From NCBI GenBank assembly GCA_963662585.1, contig OY759729.1, positions 1,952,001 through 2,016,000 on the forward strand: a DNA stretch of 64,000 bases, given 5' to 3'. This document shows, one piece after another, positions 1 to 9,757 of this stretch; within the stretch, counting starts at the first letter, position 1, and each line of letters begins with the position of its first letter. Under the pieces are notes generated by a model that saw nothing but the letters and a program-made list of their open reading frames with translations, was not told the origin of the DNA and did not search any database. Made by a program: the position numbers and the translations under genes. This stretch comes from Candidatus Cloacimonadales bacterium. Lineage in GTDB: Bacteria; Cloacimonadota; Cloacimonadia; Cloacimonadales; JAFGVF01.

Positions 1-1
1 C

Positions 2-2743
2 AATTCTATATGTTCTGTTGTGATTAGTGGAAATAAAGATGATAACACTCTGCGTGAAATTTCGGATGATTTTGAAGATGACTTACTTAAGATTCCTTTT
101 ATCTCTAAAGTTGAAATATCAGGAACACGAGACCGCCAGTTCTGGATAGAAGTAGATAATGACCGTTTAAATCAGCTTGGAATCACCTATAATGAGATAG
201 CAAATATTATTGCCCAGACCAATGCTAACACACCTGCGGGAGAGCTTGATGTAGGTTCTAGCCAGTATCTTGTTAGAACAATGGGTGAATATGCTTCTGT
301 CGAAGATTTAGCAAATCAGATAGTAAGAATGGGCAGTGATGGTTCAGCTATCAGAGTCAAGGATTTTGCTCAAGTTTTGGATACTTTAGAAGACAGTGAG
401 ACCATTGGTAAGTATAATGGGGTTCAAGGAATTAATGTATCCGTCTTTATGAAGGGTGAAGGCAACATTATCACAGTCATAGAAGATATCAAGGACTTAG
501 CTCAAAAGTATCAAGATGATATTGCTGGAATTAGATTAGATGTGAGGAATGATGGTTCAATTAGGGTAAAGAATTCTATATCGACTCTTTCGACTAATGC
601 TTTAATGGGAATCGTGCTTGTTTTCGTAGTCTTGTTTATCTTTTTGGGATTCAAGAATGCTCTCTATGCAGCCTGGGGAATTCCTTTTTCCTTCCTTTTG
701 ACTGTTATCTTCATGAATTACTTTGGTGTAACGCTGAATAATCTCAGTCTTTTTGGCTTGATATTGGTCTTGGGAATGATTGTTGATGATGCCATTATTG
801 TCTTGGAAAACATTCATCGTTATTCAGAGATGGGATATAGTAAATATGATGCCGCTCTCAAGGGTACTCAAGAAATTATGTGGCCTGTAATCTCAGCCGT
901 CGCCACTACCATTGCCGCCTTTGCTCCTATGCTTTGGATGGAAGGTAATATGGGTAAGTTCTTGGGAAACTTCACTATCGTGGTTACTCTTGCCTTAACA
1001 GCTTCTCTTATTGAATGTTTGCTTCTGCTTCCTTCTCATGTTAATGAATTCGGAACTGCTAACTTTGTGGAAGGCAAAGACCATAAGCTTCATAAAGCCC
1101 TTACAGAGCGTTATAAAAAGGCAATTACTTGGGTGTTGAGACACAGAACAATCTCGTTGGGAACTGCCATTCTTGCCTTAATCGGCTCTGCTTCTTTACT
1201 TATGATTGGTGCTGTTGGCTTTGAATTCTTCCCTAAATCTACTCCCAAAACTCTTAAAATTATCGTGGAAACAGAAGTCGGTTCAAGCCTAGATAAGACT
1301 AATCAAATCATTGGTAATATTGAAAGAAAGATTATTACCATGAAAGAAAAAGACGATATTGAAGCCATTGTCTCTACTATTGGTTCTTACCGTGATAATA
1401 GAATTACCGAGCAAGCTACCAACTATGCAGAAGTCTCTGTTGACCTTATCGATGCCGACCAACTTACTAATGACTATCGACAAATTCGTAAAGGAATTAT
1501 GCAGATTCTAGACAATGCGGAAGGTATAAAACTCTACAAATTGAAAGAAGCTCAAGGGGGTGGTCCGCGTTCAGAATACGATATCGAACTCAGACTCTAC
1601 GGCGAAGATATGAAAGACCTTGATAAACTTAGTAGCTATCTTTCAAGTCTTCTCGAAGAAATTCCTGGTGTGGAAGAAATCGAACTTGGGCAGGATGAAG
1701 GTAAATCTGAAATCAGAATTATTCCTAAAAAAGAAGCTCTCTATATGCATGGTTTATCCGAAACAAGTATTTCCACTACTCTGGCAACTGCTCTTTATGG
1801 AAGAAAAATATCTAACTTCAGAGGAAGCGGAATTGAAGAATACGATATTATTCTCAAATCTAATGAAGAAGAGCTTTCAGACTTCTCAGACTTAGAAAAC
1901 CTTAAAATTCGTAATAATAAACAACAGTTAGTTCCTTTGCAAGATTTAGCAACTTTCACCATTAGTCAAGGGGCTGCAAAAGTTCAACACTACGACCTAG
2001 AAAGAATGTACACCATAACTGCTCAATGTGGTTTCTATGAAGAGAATGGAGTCCAAAAGAAACGATTACCAAGCGAAGTTACGGAAATATTGCAGGGTTC
2101 TAAACTAAAGGGAACAGAGGGACTTATAACTAACTTTAGTCAAAATAATCCTGGTTATAGAGTTGAAATGGGTGGTATCGAGAAACAACAAAACGAAACC
2201 TATTCCAGTCTGGGAAAAGCTTTTGGTATTGCTCTCTTGCTTATCTTTACCATTCTCGCTACCCAATTCAAATCCTACTTCAAACCTCTTATCGTCATGT
2301 CTGCTCTGCCATTCGCCTTTATCGGAGTGGTGTTCGGACTCTTCATCACTGGCCAATCATTCTCTATGATGACTATGATCGCGGTGCTTGCTCTGGCTGG
2401 GATTGTGGTCAATGATTCCCTGGTGCTAGTTGATTTTATTAACAGAGAAAGAGAAGAAGGTAGAGATAGATGGAACTCACTTGTCAATGCTGGTGCAGTC
2501 AGACTTAGACCAATCATCATGACTACTGTTACTACTATTGCTGGATTCTTGCCTATGATTCTCTCAAACTCTGTCGCTACTGCAGACTGGAAACCTATGG
2601 CTACTGCTATCGCTTTCGGACTCGCCTTCGCTACCGTACTAACTTTATTCTTAGTTCCTGTACTCTATTCAATAGTCGATTCTATCACTGTTAGAGTTAC
2701 TGGTAAAGGTGAAAAAACTAAAGCAAAAAATATAATAAGCTAA
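2..2743 (+). CDS. RND efflux permease, AcrB/AcrD/AcrF family (5' partial)
   Basis: Frame is open from the window edge. Motifs GMIVDDAIIVLENI, LAGIVVNDSLVLVD and RLRPIIMTTVTT; two TM bundles separated by a periplasmic domain. Confidence 0.93.
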   Translation, partial: NSICSVVISGNKDDNTLREISDDFEDDLLKIPFISKVEISGTRDRQFWIEVDNDRLNQLGITYNEIANIIAQTNANTPAGELDVGSSQYLVRTMGEYASVEDLANQIVRMGSDGSAIRVKDFAQVLDTLEDSETIGKYNGVQGINVSVFMKGEGNIITVIEDIKDLAQKYQDDIAGIRLDVRNDGSIRVKNSISTLSTNALMGIVLVFVVLFIFLGFKNALYAAWGIPFSFLLTVIFMNYFGVTLNNLSLFGLILVLGMIVDDAIIVLENIHRYSEMGYSKYDAALKGTQEIMWPVISAVATTIAAFAPMLWMEGNMGKFLGNFTIVVTLALTASLIECLLLLPSHVNEFGTANFVEGKDHKLHKALTERYKKAITWVLRHRTISLGTAILALIGSASLLMIGAVGFEFFPKSTPKTLKIIVETEVGSSLDKTNQIIGNIERKIITMKEKDDIEAIVSTIGSYRDNRITEQATNYAEVSVDLIDADQLTNDYRQIRKGIMQILDNAEGIKLYKLKEAQGGGPRSEYDIELRLYGEDMKDLDKLSSYLSSLLEEIPGVEEIELGQDEGKSEIRIIPKKEALYMHGLSETSISTTLATALYGRKISNFRGSGIEEYDIILKSNEEELSDFSDLENLKIRNNKQQLVPLQDLATFTISQGAAKVQHYDLERMYTITAQCGFYEENGVQKKRLPSEVTEILQGSKLKGTEGLITNFSQNNPGYRVEMGGIEKQQNETYSSLGKAFGIALLLIFTILATQFKSYFKPLIVMSALPFAFIGVVFGLFITGQSFSMMTMIAVLALAGIVVNDSLVLVDFINREREEGRDRWNSLVNAGAVRLRPIIMTTVTTIAGFLPMILSNSVATADWKPMATAIAFGLAFATVLTLFLVPVLYSIVDSITVRVTGKGEKTKAKNIIS

Positions 2744-2752
2744 CTAAGAATT

Positions 2753-2877
2753 ACCTCCTATAATCCCCTTCTAATGAGGGGGACACAGGGGGTGATTCAA
2801 TACTTCCTAAAATCCCTTTCTAATGAGGGGGAACAGGGGGTGAATCACTGGGAACGCTTGCATCCCTGCAGGCATTT
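2753..2877. repeat. Two tandem ~47-bp REP-like units (AATCCC.TTCTAATGAGGGGGA(C)ACAGGGGGTGA) plus palindrome CTGGGAACGCTTGCATCCCTGCAGGC
   Basis: Copies at 2753-2799 and 2802-2847. The same GAGGGGGACACAGGGGGTG core recurs near 9708 and 43910. Confidence 0.85.
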
Positions 2878-2908
2878 AAGTAATTATGACTTAATAATGA
2901 ATAAAATT

Positions 2909-2941
2909 AGGAGTAGGCTATTGGGCTTGCTCCTTTTTTTT
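2909..2941 (+). terminator. Rho-independent terminator after RND gene
   Basis: AGGAGTAGGC-TATTGG-GCTTGCTCCT stem followed by a T run. Confidence 0.75.
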
Positions 2942-3070
2942 GTGAGAGAGATTAGAGAAGAATCATTTTTAAATAGCAAAACTATGTAAATAAAACAAGT
3001 TATTGTGTAATTTAGCAGTAATAACTATAAAAAAATTGACAAAAACAGTAACTCTTTTTTAGTTATTATC

Positions 3071-3778
3071 ATGAAGTTAATAAAATCAAAGAATCCCAAT
3101 ATATATTATTGTTTTGGTAACAAAGATGATAGTCTTTTCCGGTTAAAAGCTGGGGAAGTCGCAATTTTAGTCTCTGAAAAGGAGATAACTAAAGATCGAT
3201 TTGTTATGGCAGATCAAACTCATTCTACTGAAGTTAGGGTGATTGAAGAAGCTGATTTTGGCTCTGGATTTCTTGCCCATAAAGCTGCCATCCCTATAGT
3301 AGATGGATTTGTTACAGATCTAAGTAATGTGTTCATTGTTATTAAAGGGGCAGATTGTACTCCAATTTTGGTTTATTCTAAGAGTAAAAATATTGTGGGA
3401 GGATGCCATTCTGGGCGCGAAGGCACTAAAAATGGGATAGTAAAAGAAGTGATAAGTAAAATGCTTGAAGTATATGGTGCTTCTCTTGATGATTTGATAG
3501 TTATGGTAGGTCCAGCAATAAGTGGGGAGAATTATCAGGTCTCTGAAGAGATCTATAATGATTTTATTAATATTACTGGTCTAGAACAAAGTTATCGTAA
3601 GATAGATATGCAAAAAGTAATACTTCGTGATGTTTTGGAAATGGGGATTAAAAGAGAAAATGTTCAGCTTGATAGTGTATGTACTTATGCTGATTCTCGA
3701 TATTTCTCCTACCGAAGAGATAAATCAAAAGACAGGCAATTAGCAATAATAGGAATTTCAGATGGAAAGATATTCTAA
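3071..3778 (+). CDS. pgeF: PgeF/YfiH family (laccase-domain) purine nucleoside phosphorylase / peptidoglycan editing factor
   Basis: QTHS, GADCTP, CHSGREG, GPAI and YFSYRR motifs. Confidence 0.88.
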   Translation: MKLIKSKNPNIYYCFGNKDDSLFRLKAGEVAILVSEKEITKDRFVMADQTHSTEVRVIEEADFGSGFLAHKAAIPIVDGFVTDLSNVFIVIKGADCTPILVYSKSKNIVGGCHSGREGTKNGIVKEVISKMLEVYGASLDDLIVMVGPAISGENYQVSEEIYNDFINITGLEQSYRKIDMQKVILRDVLEMGIKRENVQLDSVCTYADSRYFSYRRDKSKDRQLAIIGISDGKIF

Positions 3779-5033
3779 TAACCGTGAAGATATTGTAATA
3801 GAAGTAACAAATAATAAATTGTGTGCAACAATGACTATTAGCCGTGAGGGTGGGGTTATTGAACAAGATGAGATAATTAGCTTAATCAATCAAGCAGGAA
3901 TCTCTAATGGCTTTATTAGCAGTATTGATCAAGAGGGTGAAAAAGAAGTTAATCAGCCTTTTAAGATTGCAGAAGTAAAGCCTGTAAATACTGAGATTAA
4001 TTTTGACTTATATTACAAAACTGATGAGTTATATTATCCCAAGACACCTCTTAATGAAGCAAATATTTTTCGGTTAGTATATGTCCAAAAGGGATCTGCT
4101 ATTGGAAAACTCTCCTTTGATGAAGATATGTTAAGTCGCAAGGATATATATGGTAATTATCTTTTAACATCTGAAGGAAGAAATAATATAATAGAAAAGT
4201 TCAAAGGTGATAACTTAGATTTTGATTTTAATAATAATGAGTATATTGCTAAAATAAATGGTTATTTGTCATTAGATGGACAGGGCAAGTATAGTATAAC
4301 AAATCATTTATATATTAATCATGATATTAATCGGGATTATGGTAATATCTATATTTTAGGAAATTTAACTATTCAGGGCCATGTTAAGAGTGTTAGACAC
4401 ATAAGAGTTTTGGGAGAATTGACTATCGAAGGTAATGTCTCTCAAAGTAATATTTATGCTGAGCAAGCTATTGAAATAAAAGGTAAACTAGAAAGCTGTA
4501 ATAGTGGAGGAGTTTCCTGTCCTAAAAGTATTATTTGCTCAGAGATTAAAAACTCCAAGGTATTTGCTGGTGAAGATTTAACTGTTAAGGGGAATATCTA
4601 TAACTCTCGACTTGTGGGAGAAGCTTCAATTCAGGTTGATGATTCAGCGGAAGTTATAGCCTCTGATCTCCAAAGTTCTCGTTATATAAAGGTTGGTAAT
4701 GTAAGAAATGATGGTGACTCTATCTCTGATTTAGAGATCTCAGTTAGTCCTTATACCAAAGAACAATTAATGATTCTTACACGCGAGTTAGTTTATTTCA
4801 ATGAGAATGATAGCAATAATGAAAAGATTCCAATTATAAATAATGAGATTAAGCAGTTGGAAGAGATTCTTTCAACAAAAGTCGAAGAAGCTATTGAATT
4901 AGAAAATAATGATTCCTTGATGATTGAAACAAGTGGGCAGATTTCTCAAGGTGTGAAACTAAAAATATTAAAAGAATCTATGATTGTTTCAGATGATAGT
5001 TTTAAAAATAAGAAGATAATTAATTTAAGATGA
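3762..5033 (+). CDS. DUF342/FapA family protein (beta-helix plus coiled coil)
   Basis: YGNIYILGNLTIQGHV-type beta-helix repeats, C-terminal coiled coil and GVKLKI-type end. Confidence 0.7.
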   Translation: MERYSNNREDIVIEVTNNKLCATMTISREGGVIEQDEIISLINQAGISNGFISSIDQEGEKEVNQPFKIAEVKPVNTEINFDLYYKTDELYYPKTPLNEANIFRLVYVQKGSAIGKLSFDEDMLSRKDIYGNYLLTSEGRNNIIEKFKGDNLDFDFNNNEYIAKINGYLSLDGQGKYSITNHLYINHDINRDYGNIYILGNLTIQGHVKSVRHIRVLGELTIEGNVSQSNIYAEQAIEIKGKLESCNSGGVSCPKSIICSEIKNSKVFAGEDLTVKGNIYNSRLVGEASIQVDDSAEVIASDLQSSRYIKVGNVRNDGDSISDLEISVSPYTKEQLMILTRELVYFNENDSNNEKIPIINNEIKQLEEILSTKVEEAIELENNDSLMIETSGQISQGVKLKILKESMIVSDDSFKNKKIINLR

Positions 5034-5040
5034 GGATAAA

Positions 5041-8000
5041 ATGAAAAGAAGAATCTTGATAGGGTTGTTACTATTAATGTCGTTTGGATTAGTGGCCTTT
5101 GAGCCACATTTTGTGAAAGATCCTGATATCTCACCTGATGGTTCAGAGATATGCTTTGTTTATCGTGATGATTTATGGATAGTTCCTTATGAAGGAGGAA
5201 CAGCAATTAGACTGACTGATACTGAATCAAGTGATTCAGGTCCGGTCTACTCTCCTGATGGTAGTCAAATTGCTTTTGATTCAAATCGTGAAGGTTTTAG
5301 AGCAATTTATATCATCTCTAGTGAAGGGGGAGAAATAACTAGGGTAGGAGAAACAGGATTAGGTTTATTAGGTTGGTTTCCAGATGGAAAACATCTATTA
5401 GCTAGTAAGTATGATATGCGCCTAGGCTCAGGTTTTTATAAAATATCTTTAGATAATAAGAGAGCTGAAGAGATTACTTTAATTGGTGGACCCTTCGTAA
5501 CTATAGGTGAAGATGGTAATGCAATAATTTATTCTGATCGCGGAGATCCTTATAGAGAAGCTTATACTGGAAGTACTGATGGAGAGCTTTGGAAATATGA
5601 TATTAAAAAGAATGAGTATACTAAATTAACTGATAATGAGCTTACTGAGAGATATCCAGTGTTTTCTAATGTTAATTCTAACCGACTCTATTATGCAAAA
5701 TCAGATGGGGAAATTTTTCAACTTTTCCAAGCAGATAACTATGATTTCAAGAATGAAAAGCAGTTAACTGATTTCCCAACTTGGTCTGTAAGAGATATCT
5801 CAGTTGCTCGAAATAGTGACAGATTAGTTTTTGAAAAGTTTGATGAAATCTGGGCTTATGATACTGCTGTAAATTCAAAGCAGAAAGCTAAGAAAATTGA
5901 TATAGATATTAGAGAAATTCAAGAAAAAAACACTATGATAAGAAGTTATGAGATGAATAGCTTTGATGATTTTGAAGTTTCTCGCAATGATGATTTTATT
6001 GTTTTTAATTATAAATACGACCTCTTCATGGTCCCTGTAGCAGGTGGTCCTGTTAAACAGATTACTTATGATCAAGTTCCTTATCAAGGTATTCGTATCT
6101 TAAGAGATAACAAGACAGTAGTTGTTACTGGAAGAGAACGAGGAGAAGGTGAACTTTTTAAATTCTCTATAGATAAACCTGAAGAATTAGAACTGATTCC
6201 TTGGAGTAAAGATAAAGCGATTGATAGTGTCTCTGAGACAGAAGAAGGTAACTATTTGATTAAGTATTATGTGGAAAAAAATCAACAGATGATGGCAATT
6301 ACAGATTCTCTTTTTTCTACTTTTAAACCTATTAAATTCAATAAATATCCAATTCTAGAATATGCTGATAGAAAGAACTCTCGCTATGTTGCGTTTGTAG
6401 AATATGATTATGAAAAGAGTATATTCTATCTTTACTTGAGAGATACAGTAATTGGTGAATCATACCTGCTTCATAATTCTTATAAATCTTGCTATAACAT
6501 TGTTTGGGGTAAAGATGATAAGTCACTCTTCTTTACTGAAAGTGGAGATATTAGAAGAATTGATTTACACCCTATTGATGAGTTAGCTGATTACACCGAT
6601 CCTTGGAGTAAGATTGTCTCAAAAGAAGTAAAGGCAGACACTAAGAGTGATGCTGATAAAAAAAGTGAAGAATACCCAAATTTACAGATTGAATTGAATG
6701 GTATTGAATCTAGAATAAAAACAATTATTGCTAGTCCCGGCTATAATTTTATTATTTCGGTAGTTAATGACTCTACTATCTATTATGCTAATTCAAATAG
6801 TAATACCACACTTTATCAATCTAACTACGATGGTGGTAATCTAGAGAAATTAACCTCTATCGATGATAAAAACTACTATTCATATAATGAAGATTCTTAT
6901 ACCTATTATTATAACAATGGCCATAAAATTAGCTCCTTCAACTTACAAACAAGAAAAACTGATGAAATAGGAAACTCTTTCTTCTATGAATATGATTTAA
7001 ATAATGTAAGACAACAAGTGTTTAGGGAAGTATGGGGTCAATTTGGACTCAACTTCTATGATCCTAATATGCACGGAGTTGACTGGGAAAAACTTTATAA
7101 AAAGTATGAACCTTATACTCAGTACTGTTTTGATGAAGAATCTCTGTCTAATATCATTGAAGAGATGATTGGGGAAGTTAATGCTTCTCATACTGGATTT
7201 TCTGCGAAAAGCTATAATAGTACTTTCTATTATCAAACAGGCTTGATAGGTGCTGAATTTGATTATTCTAAAAGGTTAAAAAAAGGGATTAAGTTTAGAA
7301 GAATTTATGATGGTACCTCACTTAAAGATGTCTATAAAGTAGAATCAGGCGATCTGCTTCTTGCTGTAAATGACCAGGAAATTACAAGTGAAACTGATAT
7401 TAATGCTCTCTTCTTCAATACCCAAAATAGGAAGATTAAATTAAAAGTTAAAAAACAAAAAGAAGAACCAATTGAGGTCTGGGTTGATGGTATGACCTGG
7501 AGCCAAAACTCTAATTTAGAATACCAAGATTGGGTTAATAGACGCAAAGAAATAGTTGATGAAAAATCTAAGAATAAACTAGCTTATCTTCATATTCAAA
7601 GAATGAACGGCAGTTCTTACTCAAAATTCTTGGAAGAGTTTTGGAATGATAACCTTAAAAAAGATGGTCTTATTATTGATGTCAGAGGTAACGGTGGCGG
7701 AAATATTAGTGAAGAATTAATCGACGCTATTGGTCAAAAACCTCTCTCTTACTCTTCTTCAAGAAGTTGGGGAGATAAAAAATACAAAACTCCTGGTCGC
7801 TATTATGATAAAGCTATTGTTATTCTAATTGATGAAGATTCGTTCTCAGATGCAGAAGTTTTCCCACATCTTATTCAAGAACAAAAAATGGGAACTATTA
7901 TTGGTATGCCTACTAGTGGCTCTGTAATCGGAACAATTGATATTGACCTATTTGATGGCTCATCTTTGAGATTACCTAGATCAGGTTGGTGGACTCTTAG

Positions 8001-8124
8001 TGGTACTAATATGGAAGGAAATGGAGTTCAACCAGACATAAGAGTTGAGCTTACACCAGAAGATAAGATTTCTGATAATGACCGTCAATTAGATAAAGCT
8101 ATCGAGTATTTACTAAATAAATAA
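5041..8124 (+). CDS. Tricorn-like S41 peptidase (signal peptide, PD40 propellers, PDZ, S41 domain)
   Basis: ISPDG/YSPDG repeats, FYDPNMHGVDW, IIDVRGNGGG, SFSDAEVF and MEGNGVQPDI. Confidence 0.92.
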   Translation: MKRRILIGLLLLMSFGLVAFEPHFVKDPDISPDGSEICFVYRDDLWIVPYEGGTAIRLTDTESSDSGPVYSPDGSQIAFDSNREGFRAIYIISSEGGEITRVGETGLGLLGWFPDGKHLLASKYDMRLGSGFYKISLDNKRAEEITLIGGPFVTIGEDGNAIIYSDRGDPYREAYTGSTDGELWKYDIKKNEYTKLTDNELTERYPVFSNVNSNRLYYAKSDGEIFQLFQADNYDFKNEKQLTDFPTWSVRDISVARNSDRLVFEKFDEIWAYDTAVNSKQKAKKIDIDIREIQEKNTMIRSYEMNSFDDFEVSRNDDFIVFNYKYDLFMVPVAGGPVKQITYDQVPYQGIRILRDNKTVVVTGRERGEGELFKFSIDKPEELELIPWSKDKAIDSVSETEEGNYLIKYYVEKNQQMMAITDSLFSTFKPIKFNKYPILEYADRKNSRYVAFVEYDYEKSIFYLYLRDTVIGESYLLHNSYKSCYNIVWGKDDKSLFFTESGDIRRIDLHPIDELADYTDPWSKIVSKEVKADTKSDADKKSEEYPNLQIELNGIESRIKTIIASPGYNFIISVVNDSTIYYANSNSNTTLYQSNYDGGNLEKLTSIDDKNYYSYNEDSYTYYYNNGHKISSFNLQTRKTDEIGNSFFYEYDLNNVRQQVFREVWGQFGLNFYDPNMHGVDWEKLYKKYEPYTQYCFDEESLSNIIEEMIGEVNASHTGFSAKSYNSTFYYQTGLIGAEFDYSKRLKKGIKFRRIYDGTSLKDVYKVESGDLLLAVNDQEITSETDINALFFNTQNRKIKLKVKKQKEEPIEVWVDGMTWSQNSNLEYQDWVNRRKEIVDEKSKNKLAYLHIQRMNGSSYSKFLEEFWNDNLKKDGLIIDVRGNGGGNISEELIDAIGQKPLSYSSSRSWGDKKYKTPGRYYDKAIVILIDEDSFSDAEVFPHLIQEQKMGTIIGMPTSGSVIGTIDIDLFDGSSLRLPRSGWWTLSGTNMEGNGVQPDIRVELTPEDKISDNDRQLDKAIEYLLNK

Positions 8125-8186
8125 TAATTGAAAAAGCAAAAGATTCTACTTTAGTGAGTATGAATTCAGACAAAATATAAGAAGTG

Positions 8187-8215
8187 TGGGGTATCCATAG
8201 TGCTACCCCAATTTC
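8187..8215 (+). terminator. Probable terminator hairpin after S41 peptidase
   Basis: TGGGGTA-N10-TACCCCA followed by ATTTC; the U tract is weak. Confidence 0.5.
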
Positions 8216-8279
8216 TATATTCTAGTTCAAAAAGTAGTTTATTTAGGCTTATTCATGGAACTTACCTTAGTCTCTCTAG

Positions 8280-8350
8280 GCTCCTTCTCGCTCATTTCGG
8301 ATAAAGTCCAAAAAATCCTCAAGATGAGTGAGAAGGAGCATGGGAAGGCA
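8280..8350 (+). repeat. Dispersed hairpin element, copy 1 (13-bp core arms, 32-nt loop)
   Basis: CTCCTTCTCGCTC-N32-GAGTGAGAAGGAG. The right part matches 40090-40114 at 22/25 nt. Confidence 0.75.
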
Positions 8351-8377
8351 GGTTGAAGTAGATAAAGAAGAAATGTA

Positions 8378-8413
8378 TTGACATAACTAGCAGGTATGTA
8401 TTATGAGTGCTAA
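8378..8413 (+). promoter_or_regulatory. Sigma70-type -35 (TTGACA) overlapped by a CIRCE-like (HrcA operator) element
   Basis: TTGACA at 8378-8383. CTAGCAGGT-N9-GAGTGCTAA at 8387-8413 versus consensus TTAGCACTC-N9-GAGTGCTAA; right half perfect, left half partial. Confidence 0.45.
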
Positions 8414-8436
8414 TAAAATATTAAAGGAGAAATAGT

Positions 8437-9117
8437 ATGTTCTTTTTTGATCCAACCATGGTGGTATTAATACCAGCTATAATCTTAGCTTTCTGGGCTA
8501 ATTCCTTAGTAAAGAGCAATTACCGCAAATATAAACAAGTAAAAAATAATATAGGTATGACAGGTGAGGAAGTGGCGATGAGTATTCTCCAAAAGAATGG
8601 GATTTATGATGTCCCTGTCGTCGCTGTTGAGGGAGAATTAACAGATCATTATGAACCACGCAAGAGGGAAGTTAGACTATCAAAAGATATTTATTATGGC
8701 CAATCAGTCTCTTCAGTAGCAATTGCTGCTCATGAAGTCGGCCACGCTCTTCAACATGCTAATAGTTACGCTCCTCTCAAAGTTAGACACGCAATTTTCC
8801 CTGTAGCAAGATTTGGCTCTACTGCAGCTTTTCCATTATTCTTAGTCGGCTTTTTCTTCAATACTCCCATGTTTATGGATATAGGAATTGCCTTCTTTAT
8901 TGCTGCTCTACTATTTCAAGTAGTTACTTTACCTGTTGAATTTAATGCCTCTCAACGAGCATTCAAGCAATTAAGCGAAGGTTTTGTAGTTGATCCAAGG
9001 GAGATGGTGGGGGTAAAAAAAGTGCTAAATGCGGCGGCCTTAACTTATGTTGCTGCAGCCTTAATGTCTCTACTCCAAGTAATTAGATTGATATTTATAA
9101 GAAATATGAGGGACTAA
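8437..9117 (+). CDS. YugP-type membrane neutral zinc metallopeptidase
   Basis: LTDHYEP, AAHEVGHALQH, TLPVEFNAS and AAALTYVAA; RBS AAGGAG. Confidence 0.92.
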   Translation: MFFFDPTMVVLIPAIILAFWANSLVKSNYRKYKQVKNNIGMTGEEVAMSILQKNGIYDVPVVAVEGELTDHYEPRKREVRLSKDIYYGQSVSSVAIAAHEVGHALQHANSYAPLKVRHAIFPVARFGSTAAFPLFLVGFFFNTPMFMDIGIAFFIAALLFQVVTLPVEFNASQRAFKQLSEGFVVDPREMVGVKKVLNAAALTYVAAALMSLLQVIRLIFIRNMRD

Positions 9118-9120
9118 GCT

Positions 9121-9579
9121 TTGCCAAATAGATTAAAATTTATCTTAACAGTTGATGCTCAGAAATTAGCTAAATGGCTTAGATTATTAGGTTATGATAC
9201 CAAAGTCATTAAAGCTACTCCCTTACTAAATCTAGTTAGAATTGCTAAGAAAGAGGGAAGAGCTATAATTAGTAGAAGTAAGAGTGTGCTTAATCATCCA
9301 TTAGAATTTGATAGAATTTATATTCATAATAACCAGCTTGAAGAACAGTTGTTAGAATTAAAAACATTTCTCAGCTACGATGAAAACTACATTTTTACTC
9401 GTTGTCCGGAAGATAATGATATTCTTCAAGATATTGATAAAGAGAAAATTATAAAGTTAATTCCAGAAAAAGTAGGAATGATTTATGAGGACTTTAAAAT
9501 CTGCACGAAATGCGGTAGAATATATTGGCAAGGCTCTCATCATCAAGAAATTATGGCAAAACTTAAGAATACTTTTTGA
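9121..9579 (+). CDS. Mut7-C RNase-domain (PIN-like plus Zn ribbon) protein, active site looks degenerate
   Basis: KLAKWLRLLGYD, FTRC and CTKCGRIYWQGSH; TTG start 3 nt after the upstream stop. Confidence 0.88.
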   Translation: MPNRLKFILTVDAQKLAKWLRLLGYDTKVIKATPLLNLVRIAKKEGRAIISRSKSVLNHPLEFDRIYIHNNQLEEQLLELKTFLSYDENYIFTRCPEDNDILQDIDKEKIIKLIPEKVGMIYEDFKICTKCGRIYWQGSHHQEIMAKLKNTF

Positions 9580-9757
9580 TTTTAGAATGGATATTAGCGG
9601 ATTTAAAAGTCCTTAACACAGAGTTTCACAGTGGTTAAGAGGAGTTTCAAAGAGTTTTTCTGAGAAATTTCTATGAATATGGGTAGATCTCTTAAATCCT
9701 CCTCTGTGAGGGGGACACAGGGGGTGATTCCTATGGAGTGGAAGCGTCTCTGTTTCC

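Noticed and set aside
2774..2989. 71-aa ORF
   Set aside because: It runs through REP-like repeats and a terminator, with no convincing RBS or protein-like features.
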